From Occultella glacieicola (GTDB lineage: Bacteria > Actinomycetota > Actinomycetes > Actinomycetales > Beutenbergiaceae), in the NCBI RefSeq assembly GCF_004353825.1, contig NZ_SMNA01000002.1, forward strand, positions 124,001-188,000: a DNA stretch of 64,000 bases, written 5' to 3'. The notes beneath the pieces are model-generated. The model made no database searches, had not been told where the DNA came from, and worked only from the letters and a program-made list of their open reading frames with translations. Made by a program: the position numbers and the translations under genes. How positions within the stretch are numbered: the stretch's first letter is position 1; every line of letters starts with the position of its first letter. This document shows, piece after piece, positions 30,391 to 40,207 of the stretch.

Positions 30391-30733
30391 GCGTGTCCTC
30401 TGCTCCTTGCGATTACGGTGTGCGCTCTTGTGGCACCTTGCTCCTGCTCCCCCACACGTCCGACCTCCGGGTCGTCCCGGCGCTCATGTCGGTGAGGGCG
30501 AGGTCGCGATCCGGCTGACGGACGCTTCCCCACTGACCTGGATGTCAACGTCTGCGCCGGATTCCCGGTCGCGGGCGTGCCACCCGTGGGCGCAGGGGAC
30601 CTTCGAGGTCACGATGCACCTCGAAGATGATACCCAAGATTCCGCCCGCGGGACACCTCGCGCCCCGCCGTCGACCGCCGAGATGCGCAGGGTGTGACGG
30701 ATCCCTCACCGTATCGGCGGCGACCGACCCAAG

Positions 30734-30762
30734 TTGTTCTAGTTCAGCTAGAACAATAGAAT
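30734..30762 (+). promoter_or_regulatory. YtrA/GntR operator and -10 of leaderless gntR
   Basis: TTGTTCTAG-n5-CTAGAACAA (30734-30756), then TAGAAT (30757-30762), then ATG 6 nt later. Confidence 0.8.
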
Positions 30763-30768
30763 GAACTC

Positions 30769-31125
30769 ATGCTCATCACCGTCGACCCCACCAGTGCGGT
30801 GCCACTGTTCGACCAGATCGCCACGGCTGTCCGGATCGCGGTGGTGCGCGGTGAGGTGGCCGCCGGCGAGCGGCTCCCGAGCGCCCGCGAGCTGGCCGAC
30901 TCGCTCGACCTGAACGTGCACACGGTCCTGCATGCCTACCGCACCCTGCGCGAGGAGGGTCTGCTCGAGGTCCGCCGCGGCCGGGGCGCGACCATCGCTA
31001 CCGGCGCCGGGCGCGACTACCAGGACCTGCGCGCCGCCCTGGACACGCTGCTCGCCGAGGGCGACCGGCTCGGACTGACCCGTCAGGCCCTCACGGGCCT
31101 GCTCACCCACGAGGAGACCCGATGA
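30769..31125 (+). CDS. GntR family regulator (YtrA subfamily)
   Basis: PLFDQIA...GERLPSARELA...NVHTVLHAY...RRGRGA; short C-terminal domain. Confidence 0.92.
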   Translation: MLITVDPTSAVPLFDQIATAVRIAVVRGEVAAGERLPSARELADSLDLNVHTVLHAYRTLREEGLLEVRRGRGATIATGAGRDYQDLRAALDTLLAEGDRLGLTRQALTGLLTHEETR

Positions 31126-32162
31126 CGTCGAATGGCTCAGAAGCACGGATGCCCCTGCCGCACCGCGGCCGGGCGCTCGCGCTCGGCGTGGTGCTGCCCG
31201 CCGCGCTCCTGGGCGGCGGCTATGCCCTCGTCCTGGCCTGGCGCGACCGGCTCCCCGACCCGGTGGCCGTGCACTGGGGCGCCTCCGGCGTGGACCGGAC
31301 CGGTTCGTTCGCCGAGCTGATCACGCCGATGCTGGTGCTCGGCCTCGTGACGCTCGCCGTGACCGGAACCCTGTCGATGACCGTCGGACGGAGCGCTCTG
31401 ACCCGGCGGATGATCGTCGGGCTCTCGGCGGGGATGGCGGCGATGTACGCAGGGTTGTTCGTGGGCATGACCTGGGTGCAACTGGACGTCCCGACCGCCG
31501 AGCAGGCGAGCAACCCGGGTGGCGCGATCGCACTCGGCCTGGGTGCGGGAGTGGCCATCGGTGCGCTGGCCGCCGTCCTCGCCGGATCCGATCCGCCGCA
31601 GCCCGCCGAGGACGAGGTTCCCGCGGACGCTGCCCGGCTCGCCCTCGGGCCGAACGAGAGCGCCGTCTGGATCCGCTCGACGACGGCTTCCCGCCCGTGG
31701 CTGCTGTGGGTCGTGCTGATCCCGCTGTTCGCACTGACCGCCGTACTGACCGTGCCCACCGGTCAGTGGTGGCTGACCCTGATCCCGGCCGTGACGGCGG
31801 TCCTGGTCGCCTCGATGACCTCGTGGTCGGTGCGGGTCGACGCCGGCGGCCTCAGCGCGCGCAACGTGTTCGGATGGCCCCGGCTGGAGGTCCCGGCCGG
31901 CGAGGTGGAGCGAGCCGATGTGATCACCGTGAGCCCGTTCGGCGAGTTCGGCGGCTGGGGACTGCGCACCGACGGCCGTGGCCGCACCGGCCTCGTGGTC
32001 CGCAAGGGCCCGGCCATCAGCGTGCAGCGCACCGGGGGCCGAGTACTCGTGGTGACGGTCCCGGGCGCCGAGCGTGGCGCCGCCCTGTTGAACACGGTGG
32101 CGGCCCGGGCACGAACGCCGATGCCCGACGGCGGTCCCTCCTCGGGTCGGTCGCGCACCTGA
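31122..32162 (+). CDS. DUF1648/SdpI-like membrane protein
   Basis: LPDPVAVHWG, several TM segments, C-terminal FGEFGGWGLR PH-like domain. Confidence 0.82.
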   Translation: MTSNGSEARMPLPHRGRALALGVVLPAALLGGGYALVLAWRDRLPDPVAVHWGASGVDRTGSFAELITPMLVLGLVTLAVTGTLSMTVGRSALTRRMIVGLSAGMAAMYAGLFVGMTWVQLDVPTAEQASNPGGAIALGLGAGVAIGALAAVLAGSDPPQPAEDEVPADAARLALGPNESAVWIRSTTASRPWLLWVVLIPLFALTAVLTVPTGQWWLTLIPAVTAVLVASMTSWSVRVDAGGLSARNVFGWPRLEVPAGEVERADVITVSPFGEFGGWGLRTDGRGRTGLVVRKGPAISVQRTGGRVLVVTVPGAERGAALLNTVAARARTPMPDGGPSSGRSRT

Positions 32163-32174
32163 TCGCGGGGCGGG

Positions 32175-33386
32175 TCAGCGACTGCCCTCGCTGACTCCGG
32201 CTGCCCAGTCGAGATGGTGGTCGGAGGCCTGGTCGGCGCTGTTGCGGGCCATGGCGGACGCGAGGATCCGGGGCAGGACCGCATCCCGGACGAGCCGGCC
32301 GACGGCCCCGGGCGCCTTGTTGTTGTTGATGCGGGCGGCCGCGCGGATGATCGCCTCGACGCGCGGCCGGCGGAGGGTCTCGAACTGGGCGTAGGCCTGC
32401 TCGACGGAGTCGCGGTCACGTAGCGACATGGCGAGTACCACCGCGTCCTCGACGGCGAGCGAGGCGCCCTGACCTGATGTCGGCGACGGCGCGTGGGCGG
32501 CGTCGCCGATCACGATGACCCGGCCAGAGGACCAGGGTCGCAGCCGCGGAATCGTCTGGATCGCCGTCATCGGCGCGAAGTCGGGGGTGGCGGCGATGAT
32601 CTCGAGGGCCGGCCCGGCGTCGTCCGCGTACAACTCGGCGAACCGTGCGCGCCACTGCGCGTCGCCGACCGCGGCCAGCTCACCGCGCGCCGGTTCGCGA
32701 CGGTGGGGCAGGTTCACGAACCACCACGCCTGCTCGCCCGGCGCCACGGCGAAGCCGAAGAAGGCGCGCTTGCCGAAGATCATCTCGTAGTCGCCGGGCG
32801 GCGAGTCCAGCGTCAGGCCCGGTGCGTAGCCACCCGTCGTCACCAGACCGGAGTACGCGGGTTCGGGCGACCCCGGGAGCGCGAGCCGGCGCACCGTGGA
32901 GTGGATGCCGTCCGCGCCCACGAGGAGGTCCGCCTCCGCGACGCTGCCGTCGTCGAACTCGGCGCGCACCCGCGCCGGCCCGGCGTCCAACCCGACCAGG
33001 CGACGCCCGTAGCGGATCTCGATCCCCCGCGTCTCGACCTCGGCCCGGAGCGCCCGGACCAGGTCGGCGCGTCGGACGGTCTGGCTGACCGTGCCGTCGG
33101 CGAGCACGCCACCGGTGCTGGTGGTGCCGAGGCGCTTTCCGGTGTGGCTGCGCAGGGTCATCGCCGCCGTCGGGAAGCCCGCCTCGAGCACTCGTCCGTC
33201 GGCTTCGATCGCGCGCAGGGCGTCGATGCCGTTGGTCGCGAGGGTCAGGAACGAGCCGTGGTCGCGGTCGGTCCGGTCGTGGGCCTCGACCACCCTCACC
33301 TCGATCCCGGCCCGGGTCAGGGCGATGGCGGCCGCGGCGCCGGCGACGCCACCGCCGATCACGAGTGCTGTGCGTGCTGCGGTCAT
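32175..33386 (-). CDS. FAD-dependent monooxygenase
   Basis: ALVIGGGVAG, LVGADGIHSTVR, GDAAHAPSPTSGQGASLAVEDA; start at ATG 33386 overlapping the padR stop. Confidence 0.92.
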   Translation of the reverse strand: MTAARTALVIGGGVAGAAAAIALTRAGIEVRVVEAHDRTDRDHGSFLTLATNGIDALRAIEADGRVLEAGFPTAAMTLRSHTGKRLGTTSTGGVLADGTVSQTVRRADLVRALRAEVETRGIEIRYGRRLVGLDAGPARVRAEFDDGSVAEADLLVGADGIHSTVRRLALPGSPEPAYSGLVTTGGYAPGLTLDSPPGDYEMIFGKRAFFGFAVAPGEQAWWFVNLPHRREPARGELAAVGDAQWRARFAELYADDAGPALEIIAATPDFAPMTAIQTIPRLRPWSSGRVIVIGDAAHAPSPTSGQGASLAVEDAVVLAMSLRDRDSVEQAYAQFETLRRPRVEAIIRAAARINNNKAPGAVGRLVRDAVLPRILASAMARNSADQASDHHLDWAAGVSEGSR

Positions 33387-34024
33387 GACGGTTCTCCTGT
33401 GGTGTCCGGGTTCTCGGGGGCGCCGGGACCCGGCGCCTTCCGGTGGTAGGCACGCCATGGCTCGACCCAGCCGGCATCCGGGCTGTCGATGCGGTCGAGC
33501 AAGGTTCGGATGAATCCGGACTCGGCGTCGAGCAGTCGCTCGCGGTACTCGTCCTCGACGAGGAAGACCGGGTGAACCCCGCCGGCGAGGACCGCCTCGC
33601 GTTGCTCGGCGAGCGACGCACCCTCCCGCGCCAGGCGCTCCAGGCGGGCTTCCAAGAGGGCCCGCGCATCGTCCGGGGGCAGCACGATGATGAGCGAGAG
33701 CGCGGCGGCGAAGGCCGGATACTCGTGCTGCGGCTCGGCGATGAGCCGGCTCAGCCATCGGCGCGACTCGGCCCGGCCCTCGTCGGTCACCTGGTACGTG
33801 GTCCGCTCGGGCAGCCTGCCGGCCCGGTCGACCCCCGAGGCCGTGATCAGATCGGTCGCCTCGAGCTGGCGGACCACGCTGTAGAGCGCGCCGTAGCTGA
33901 GCCTGAAGGTTCGCGCGGCGTCCCGGTCGATCAGTTGGCGGTGGAGCTCGTAGGCGTGCATCGGCCGCTCCTCCAGATACGCGAGCACGGCGAGGCCGAG
34001 GAGGTTCGTCATTCGTCGAGGCAT
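33383..34024 (-). CDS. PadR family transcriptional regulator (leaderless)
   Basis: LAVLAYLEERPMHAYEL, GALYSVVRQL, PERTTYQVTDEGR. Confidence 0.92.
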   Translation of the reverse strand: MPRRMTNLLGLAVLAYLEERPMHAYELHRQLIDRDAARTFRLSYGALYSVVRQLEATDLITASGVDRAGRLPERTTYQVTDEGRAESRRWLSRLIAEPQHEYPAFAAALSLIIVLPPDDARALLEARLERLAREGASLAEQREAVLAGGVHPVFLVEDEYRERLLDAESGFIRTLLDRIDSPDAGWVEPWRAYHRKAPGPGAPENPDTTGEPS

Positions 34025-34030
34025 GCGGAC

Positions 34031-34059
34031 AGTCTAGTTTTCCAAAACTAGTTCTACAA
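34031..34059 (-). promoter_or_regulatory. padR promoter with overlapping palindromic operator
   Basis: Minus strand TTGTAG-n17-TAGACT ending 6 nt before the ATG; dyad CTAGTTTT-CC-AAAACTAG at 34034-34051. Confidence 0.78.
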
Positions 34060-34259
34060 GATGTGGTGAGGTGTTCCTCCTCACCTGACCGGCCGCCGTC
34101 GGGCACCGCCCACTTCCCGCCCACGCCAAGGGATGCGCCCGGCCGCTCGGTGATGCAAGGATGACGACGTACCAAAAGTCGTCCGTTCAACCAATCGGTC
34201 CGCCCCGACCCCCGGTCGAGCGGTGACCGCCCGCACCGACCACGCCACCCGGAGGAACC

Positions 34260-35195
34260 ATGGCCCGCATCTACGACAACGCGACCGCACTCATCGGCAA
34301 CACTCCCCTGGTGAAGCTGAACCGCCTCACCGAGGGCGTCGGCGCGACCGTCCTCGCCAAGCTCGAGTTCTACAACCCGGCGAACAGCGTCAAGGACCGC
34401 ATCGGGGTGGCCATCGTGGACGCTGCCGAGGCCTCCGGCGAACTCCAGCCCGGCGGCACGATCGTGGAGGCGACCAGCGGCAACACCGGTATCGCGTTGG
34501 CGTTCGTCGGCGCTGCCCGCGGCTACAAGGTGGTCCTGACCATGCCCGAGACGATGTCCAACGAGCGCAAGATGCTGCTCAAGGCCTACGGCGCCGAGCT
34601 GATCCTGACCCCGGGCTCCGAGGGCATGAAGGGTGCCGTCAGCCGCGCCGAGGCGATCGCCGCCGAGCGGCCCGGCTCGATCCTGGCCCGCCAGTTCGCG
34701 AACGAGGCGAACCCGGAGATCCACCGCCGGACCACGGCCGAGGAGATCTGGAACGACACCGACGGCGCCGTGGACATCGTGGTCGCCGGCATCGGCACCG
34801 GCGGCACCATCACCGGCGTCGGGCAGGTCCTCAAGGAACGCAAGCCCGAGGTGCAGATCATCGCGGTCGAGCCCGCCGAGTCCCCGATCCTCAACGGCGG
34901 CCAGCCCGGCCCGCACAAGATCCAGGGCCTCGGCGCGAACTTCGTGCCGGAGATCCTGGACACCTCGATCTACGACGAGGTCATCGACGTCAACGCCGAG
35001 ACCGCCGTGAAGGTGGCCCGCCGGGCCGCCACCGAGGAGGGCCTGCTCGTGGGCATCTCCTCGGGCGCCGCGATCGACGCCGCCCTGCAGGTCGCCGCCC
35101 GGCCCGAGAACGCCGGCAAGACGATCGTGGTCGTGATCCCGTCCTTCGGCGAGCGCTACCTGTCCACGATCCTGTTCGCGGACCTCGCCGAGTAA
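34260..35195 (+). CDS. cysK: Cysteine synthase A (O-acetylserine sulfhydrylase)
   Basis: [44 protein letters not shown]. Confidence 0.97.
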   Translation: MARIYDNATALIGNTPLVKLNRLTEGVGATVLAKLEFYNPANSVKDRIGVAIVDAAEASGELQPGGTIVEATSGNTGIALAFVGAARGYKVVLTMPETMSNERKMLLKAYGAELILTPGSEGMKGAVSRAEAIAAERPGSILARQFANEANPEIHRRTTAEEIWNDTDGAVDIVVAGIGTGGTITGVGQVLKERKPEVQIIAVEPAESPILNGGQPGPHKIQGLGANFVPEILDTSIYDEVIDVNAETAVKVARRAATEEGLLVGISSGAAIDAALQVAARPENAGKTIVVVIPSFGERYLSTILFADLAE

Positions 35196-35196
35196 C

Positions 35197-35778
35197 GTGC
35201 ACCATCTGCCACTGCGCGCACTGATCGCGGAGGACCTGGCCACCGCGCGCCGCCGGGACCCGGCGGCGCGCACCCGGGTCGAGGTCGCGCTGACCTACTC
35301 CGGGGTGCACGCCCTGTGGCTGCACCGGATCGCGCACAAGGTGTGGCACGTCTCGCCGCTGCTGCGGCTGCCGGCCCGGGTCATCTCCCAGCTGGCGCGC
35401 ACGCTGACCGGGGTGGAGATCCATCCCGGCGCGGTGATCGGCCGGCGGTTCTTCATCGACCACGGGATGGGTGTCGTCATCGGTGAGACGGCCGAGGTCG
35501 GCGAGGACGTCCTGATGTTCCACGGGTCGACCCTCGGCGGGCGCACCATGTCGCACGGCAAGCGCCACCCGACCGTCGGGAACAACGTGGTGATCGGCGC
35601 CGGGGCGAAGGTCCTCGGGCCGGTGACCATCGGCAGCGACGTGCAGATCGGCGCGAACGCCGTCGTGGTCAAGGACGTGGCCGACGGCGACGTGGTGGTC
35701 GGCGTGCCCGGTCGCCCCCGGCCCCGGCCGGCCGAGGCCTCCCCCGAGGACCTGATCGACCCGGCGATCTACATCTGA
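35197..35778 (+). CDS. cysE: Serine O-acetyltransferase
   Basis: [40 protein letters not shown]-terminal Ile. Confidence 0.96.
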   Translation: MHHLPLRALIAEDLATARRRDPAARTRVEVALTYSGVHALWLHRIAHKVWHVSPLLRLPARVISQLARTLTGVEIHPGAVIGRRFFIDHGMGVVIGETAEVGEDVLMFHGSTLGGRTMSHGKRHPTVGNNVVIGAGAKVLGPVTIGSDVQIGANAVVVKDVADGDVVVGVPGRPRPRPAEASPEDLIDPAIYI

Positions 35779-36113
35779 ACCGGCTCGGTCTCCTCGCCGG
35801 GCTCCCAGCCGGCCTCGCGCAGGTCCACCCGCGGCGGATCGTGCGCGGTCAACGGGACACCTTCGGCTCGCAACGCCTCGAGGGCACGGCCGGCCACCCG
35901 CTCGGCGGCGGCGCCGCTCGCGGTGACCACCCGCCACCACGGCACGTCCGACCCGTACAGGGCCATCACCCGGCCGACGGTGCGGGCACTGCCCTTGCCG
36001 GTGCGCTCGCGGGCGGCCTCGGCGATCACCCCGTACGTGCTCGCCCGCCCCGGCGGGATCTGGGCGACCAGGTCGAGCACGGCCTCGACGTAGTCCTCTG
36101 CGACGTCTCTCAC
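35769..36113 (-). CDS. Alkyltransferase-like (MGMT/ATL family) protein
   Basis: [24 protein letters not shown] (Trp in place of the catalytic Cys); start approximate. Confidence 0.85.
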   Translation of the reverse strand: MRDVAEDYVEAVLDLVAQIPPGRASTYGVIAEAARERTGKGSARTVGRVMALYGSDVPWWRVVTASGAAAERVAGRALEALRAEGVPLTAHDPPRVDLREAGWEPGEETEPVQM

Positions 36114-36140
36114 CCGCCTATGATCACCCATGAGATGTCC

Positions 36141-36887
36141 ATGAGTACCCGCTCCGAGCCCGCGCCCGCCCCCGACGAGCCCGTCGGCCACGTGTGCGCC
36201 CACTGCGACGCCACCCACGAGCACGAGCACGTCGACGAGCACGCGGTGGTGCTCACCCGGCTGGGCTCGCTCGCACGGTTCGCGTGGGTGCGGGTCGGCG
36301 TCGGCGTGCTCGCCCTGGCCGGGTTGCTCGTTCTCACCCCGCCGACGACGGCCCTCGCCTATGCGGGTGCGGGTCTGCTCGGGTGGGCACTCACCACGCT
36401 GCTCGGCCTGCTGGTCGCCTCCGTACGTGCAGCTCGCACGGGCAACCGTCGCGAGGGCGCGTTCGTGACGACCGCCGTGCTCGCCGGGGCCGCAGTGACC
36501 CCGGTCGCCGCGTTCGGCGTCGCGCTGGCGTCGCGGTCCGGCCTGGTCGGCGGATCCGGTGAGCCGGTGGCGATCGGTGCCGCCACGGTGGTCGCCGCAG
36601 CAGCCGGTCTCGGTTGGTACCTGGGCGCCGCCGGGTCCGAGGTGGTGGGGACCGTCAGTCTGCGCCGCCTGCTCCTCCAGGAGTCCCGTGCCGGCGAGGC
36701 GGCCCGCGATGTCGCCGTCCGTACCCGCCAGGCCGTGCATCCGGTCCGGGACCTGGTCTGGACCGTGGTCAGCGCGCTGGTGTTCGGCCTCTGGGTGTTC
36801 GCGTGCCAGTTCCTGCTGGTGCTGGTGGTCGTCCTGATCCCCCTGCACGTGGTGCTCGCGGTGTCGGCCCGACGCCTTCGCGACTGA
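36141..36887 (+). CDS. Hypothetical multi-pass membrane protein with N-terminal His/Cys motif
   Basis: HVCAHCDATHEHEHVDEH followed by several hydrophobic helices; start at 36135 or 36141. Confidence 0.7.
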   Translation: MSTRSEPAPAPDEPVGHVCAHCDATHEHEHVDEHAVVLTRLGSLARFAWVRVGVGVLALAGLLVLTPPTTALAYAGAGLLGWALTTLLGLLVASVRAARTGNRREGAFVTTAVLAGAAVTPVAAFGVALASRSGLVGGSGEPVAIGAATVVAAAAGLGWYLGAAGSEVVGTVSLRRLLLQESRAGEAARDVAVRTRQAVHPVRDLVWTVVSALVFGLWVFACQFLLVLVVVLIPLHVVLAVSARRLRD

Positions 36888-37021
36888 GCCAGCCGAGTCA
36901 CCGACCCAACCGAGTCACCTGGCCCGCCGCCACCCGGCCACAGTCCACCCCGGGCCGGTAGCGTCACGACAGCCGGGCTGATCAGCCGGCGGCGCCGAGG
37001 GCATCGCGGCAGGCCGGTTCG

Positions 37022-37471
37022 TCAGCGGGCGGCCTCGTAGGCGGCGAGCTGGTCGATCCGACGCTGGTGCCGGTCGTCGTTCGAGAACGGCTCCGCGAGG
37101 AACGCCTCCACGATCGCGATCGACTCCGCGTCACTGTGCTGGCGGGCCCCGACGGCGACCACGTTCGCGTCGTTGTGCTGGCGGCCGAGCTTGGCCGTCT
37201 CGATGTTCCAGGCCAGGGCGGCGCGGACCCCGGTGACCTTGTTCGCGGCGATCTGCTCGCCGTTGCCGCTGCCACCGATGACGATGCCCAACGTGCCCGG
37301 CTCGGCCACGACCGCCTCCCCGGCGGAGAAGCAGAACGCCGGGTAGTCGTCGAGGGCGTCGTAGGCCTCGGCGCCGTGGTCCACCACATCGTGACCGGCA
37401 CCGACGAGGTGGGCGATCAGTGCGGACTTGAGCTCGAAACCGGCGTGATCGGCGGCGATGTGGATGCGCAT
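37022..37471 (-). CDS. rpiB: Ribose-5-phosphate isomerase B
   Basis: MRIHIAADHAGFELK, DDYP, GGSGNGEQIAANKV, HNDAN, RHQRRI. Confidence 0.96.
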   Translation of the reverse strand: MRIHIAADHAGFELKSALIAHLVGAGHDVVDHGAEAYDALDDYPAFCFSAGEAVVAEPGTLGIVIGGSGNGEQIAANKVTGVRAALAWNIETAKLGRQHNDANVVAVGARQHSDAESIAIVEAFLAEPFSNDDRHQRRIDQLAAYEAAR

Positions 37472-37539
37472 GGACGTCATTGTGCCGCACCACCCGTTCG
37501 ACCGCGCCGGTGCACTTCGACGTGAACTAGATTCGGTCC

Positions 37540-39546
37540 ATGACGATCTCAATTGCCGACGCCACCTCCGCCGAGGCCAACCGCGCCGCCATGGACACCG
37601 ACGTCCGGCCCCAGGACGACCTCTACCGGCACGTGAACGGTTCCTGGCTCGCTGCCCACACCATTCCCGCCGACCGCGGCCGGGACGGCACGTTCCACCT
37701 GCTGCACGACCAGGCCGAGCAGGACGTCCGGGCCATCATCACCGAGGCCGCGGAGGTACCCGCTGACGATCCGGCCGCCGACGAGGCCGCGAAGGTCGCC
37801 GCCGTCTTCGCCTCCTTCATGGGCGCAGAGCGCATCGAAGCGCTCGGCACCAGCCCTCTGACCCCCGACCTCGAACTCGTCACCGCGGCTCACACCCGCG
37901 AGCAGTTGACCCGGGCCCTCGGCGCCCTGCAGCGCACCGGGGTGGGCGGCGCCGTCGGCCTCTTCGTGGAGAACGACGCGGACGACCCGACGCGTTACGT
38001 CGTCTACCTGACCCAGTCCGGCCTCGGGTTGCCGGACGAGGCGTACTACCGTGACGACACCCACGGGCAGGTGCGAACCGCCTATGTGGTGCACGTCGCG
38101 GCGATGCTTGCCCTGGCCGGCGTGGTCACCGAGGCGGAGGCCCACGGCGCGGCCGAGCGGATCATGGCGCTGGAGACGAAGCTGGCCGCGGGGCACTGGG
38201 ACAACGTGCGCAGCCGCGACGCCCAGGCGACGCACAACCCGAGCACCCTGGCAGCCCTGGCCGAGCAGGCTCCCGGCTTCGACTGGCCCCTGTGGACGCA
38301 GGCCCTCGGCGCCCCGGAGGGCGCCATGGCGGACCTGATCGTGCGCCAGCCCTCGTATGTGGAGGCGTTCGCGCAGGCCTGGGCCGCCGAGGACGTCGAC
38401 CTGTGGCGCCTGTGGCTGACCTGGCGGGTGGTCCGGTCCCGGGCGCCGTACCTTCCCGAAGCGTTCGTCGAGGAGAACTTCGACTTCTACGGCCGCACCC
38501 TGACCGGCGCGCAGGAGGTCCGCGAACGATGGAAGCGCGGTGTCTCCCTGGTCGAAGGGGTGCTCGGGGAGGCGATCGGCAAGATCTACGTCGCGCGGCA
38601 CTTCCCGCCGTCCCACAAGGACGCCATGGACACCCTGGTGGCGGATCTGATCGAGGCCTACCGCCGCTCGATCACGGACCTGGACTGGATGGGCCCCGCG
38701 ACCCGGGAGCGCGCGTTGGCCAAGCTGGACGCGTTCACGCCGAAGATCGGGTACCCGGCGAAGTGGCGGGACTACTCCGACCTCGTCGTCGACGAGACGG
38801 ACCTGGTCGGCAACGTGCGGGCGGCGAGCGCGTTCGAGACGGACTACGAGCTCGGCAAGATCGGCAAGCCGATCGACCGGGATGAGTGGTTCATGCCCCC
38901 GCAGATGGTGAACGCCTACTACAACCCGGCCATGAACGAGATCGTGTTCCCGGCCGCGATCCTGCAGCCGCCGTTCTTCGACGCCGACGCGGACGACGCC
39001 ACCAACTACGGCGCGATCGGCGCCATCATCGGTCACGAGATCGGGCACGGCTTCGACGACCAGGGCAGTCGCTACGACGGCGAGGGTCGCCTGCACGACT
39101 GGTGGGAGGCGAGCGACCGGGAGGAGTTCGAGAAGCGCACCAAGGTGCTCATCGACCAGTACGGCGCCCTGGCCCCCGCGCAGCTGGATGGTTCCCACCA
39201 TGTCAACGGGGCGCTGACCATCGGGGAGAACATCGGGGACATCGGCGGTCTCGGCATCGCGATCAAGGCGTATCGGATCGCCCTCGAACGGGCCGGTCGC
39301 ACCGAGGGTGAGGTCATCGACGGGGAGAGCGACCTGCAGCGCCTGTTCTTCTCGTGGGCGCGCGGTTGGCGCCTGAAGGCCCGTGACGCGGAACTGATCC
39401 GGCTGCTGTCGATCGACCCGCACTCCCCCGACGAGATCCGCTGCAATGCGGTGGTCCGTAACATCGACGAGTTCCACACCACGTTCGGCGTGGCACCCGG
39501 CGACGGGATGTGGCTCGCCGAGTCCGAGCGCGTCCGGATCTGGTGA
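37540..39546 (+). CDS. pepO: M13 family zinc endopeptidase
   Basis: RPQDDLYRHVNG, VNAYYNP, HEIGHGFDDQG, GENIGD, DPHSP; -10 TAGATT 6 nt before the ATG. Confidence 0.93.
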   Translation: MTISIADATSAEANRAAMDTDVRPQDDLYRHVNGSWLAAHTIPADRGRDGTFHLLHDQAEQDVRAIITEAAEVPADDPAADEAAKVAAVFASFMGAERIEALGTSPLTPDLELVTAAHTREQLTRALGALQRTGVGGAVGLFVENDADDPTRYVVYLTQSGLGLPDEAYYRDDTHGQVRTAYVVHVAAMLALAGVVTEAEAHGAAERIMALETKLAAGHWDNVRSRDAQATHNPSTLAALAEQAPGFDWPLWTQALGAPEGAMADLIVRQPSYVEAFAQAWAAEDVDLWRLWLTWRVVRSRAPYLPEAFVEENFDFYGRTLTGAQEVRERWKRGVSLVEGVLGEAIGKIYVARHFPPSHKDAMDTLVADLIEAYRRSITDLDWMGPATRERALAKLDAFTPKIGYPAKWRDYSDLVVDETDLVGNVRAASAFETDYELGKIGKPIDRDEWFMPPQMVNAYYNPAMNEIVFPAAILQPPFFDADADDATNYGAIGAIIGHEIGHGFDDQGSRYDGEGRLHDWWEASDREEFEKRTKVLIDQYGALAPAQLDGSHHVNGALTIGENIGDIGGLGIAIKAYRIALERAGRTEGEVIDGESDLQRLFFSWARGWRLKARDAELIRLLSIDPHSPDEIRCNAVVRNIDEFHTTFGVAPGDGMWLAESERVRIW

Positions 39547-39636
39547 GCATCGGCTGAGGCGGCGCCGGCGCCGGTCCCCACGGACCCGACGCCGGCTCCG
39601 GCATCGCCGGCGAGGCCGGCGTGGCCGCCGGCCGCC

Positions 39637-40029
39637 TCAGCCGGCGTTGATCACCGGCAGCCCGGCGGACCGCCAGGCGGTGAAGCCACCGGTGACGTAG
39701 GACGGCCGGGCGATCCCGACGGCGTCGAGCCCGGTCGCGAGTTCGGTCGCCAGGGTCCCGTCCTCGGTGAGCAGGATCGCGTCGGTGTCGCGGCCGGTGT
39801 GCACGAGCCAGGTGGGCAGTTCCCGCGGGTGGATCACGACGGCGCCGAGGTCGGGATGGATCGCGCCGCTGCGCGACCGCGTCGCGTCCGGCCTCAGGTC
39901 CACCACGACCGCCCGGGAGTGGAGGACGGACTGGAAGGCGGCTCGGGCGCTGACGGCCTGATCCGCGGCCGTGTGGATGGGGCCCGCATTGAGGACGATG
40001 TCCCAGGCGGTGCCGGTGGTGATGGCCAT
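39637..40029 (-). CDS. Rhodanese-like domain protein lacking any cysteine
   Basis: VVVDLRP, C-terminal VTGGFTAWRSAGLP rhodanese signature; active-site loop reads ILLTEDG. An alternative in-frame ATG lies at 40080. Confidence 0.72.
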   Translation of the reverse strand: MAITTGTAWDIVLNAGPIHTAADQAVSARAAFQSVLHSRAVVVDLRPDATRSRSGAIHPDLGAVVIHPRELPTWLVHTGRDTDAILLTEDGTLATELATGLDAVGIARPSYVTGGFTAWRSAGLPVINAG

Positions 40030-40080
40030 GTCATGGCTCCAGGGGGTGGGAGGGTGGTGCCGGATGGGTCGGGTCCGCAT

Positions 40081-40140
40081 TCAGCGGCAGCAACACATCA
40101 GACACGCCCGCGTGATGCGGGTCCGCACTCCGTTCTCCAT
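40081..40140 (-). CDS. Cys-rich leader peptide MENGVRTRITRACLMCCCR
   Basis: Manual translation: ATG GAG AAC GGA GTG CGG ACC CGC ATC ACG CGG GCG TGT CTG ATG TGT TGC TGC CGC TGA; directly upstream of the rhodanese-like gene. Confidence 0.78.
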   Translation of the reverse strand: MENGVRTRITRACLMCCCR

Positions 40141-40189
40141 GGACACAGACAATCAGGTGGCAGCTCCCCCGACGACCACCCCGCGGCTG

Positions 40190-40206
40190 GTCTCACCACG
40201 TGAGAC
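40190..40206 (-). promoter_or_regulatory. Palindromic TF box GTCTCA-n5-TGAGAC
   Basis: Perfect 6-5-6 dyad; shares the 13-mer CACGTGGTGAGAC with 7861-7873. Confidence 0.65.
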
Positions 40207-40207
40207 A

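Noticed and set aside
30547..30566. GGAAT...GTT as a SigR promoter for rpsN
   Set aside because: The spacer is only 11 nt, versus the 18 nt required.
34161..34226. Short ORF MTTYQKSSVQPIGPPRPPVER upstream of cysK as a possible leader peptide
   Set aside because: It has no Cys codons and no clear -10 or RBS, so there is no support for attenuation.
32175..35273. Apparent 1032-aa monooxygenase fusion
   Set aside because: Only 32175-33386 has FAD-monooxygenase motifs. The rest overlaps padR in another frame and is antisense to cysK.
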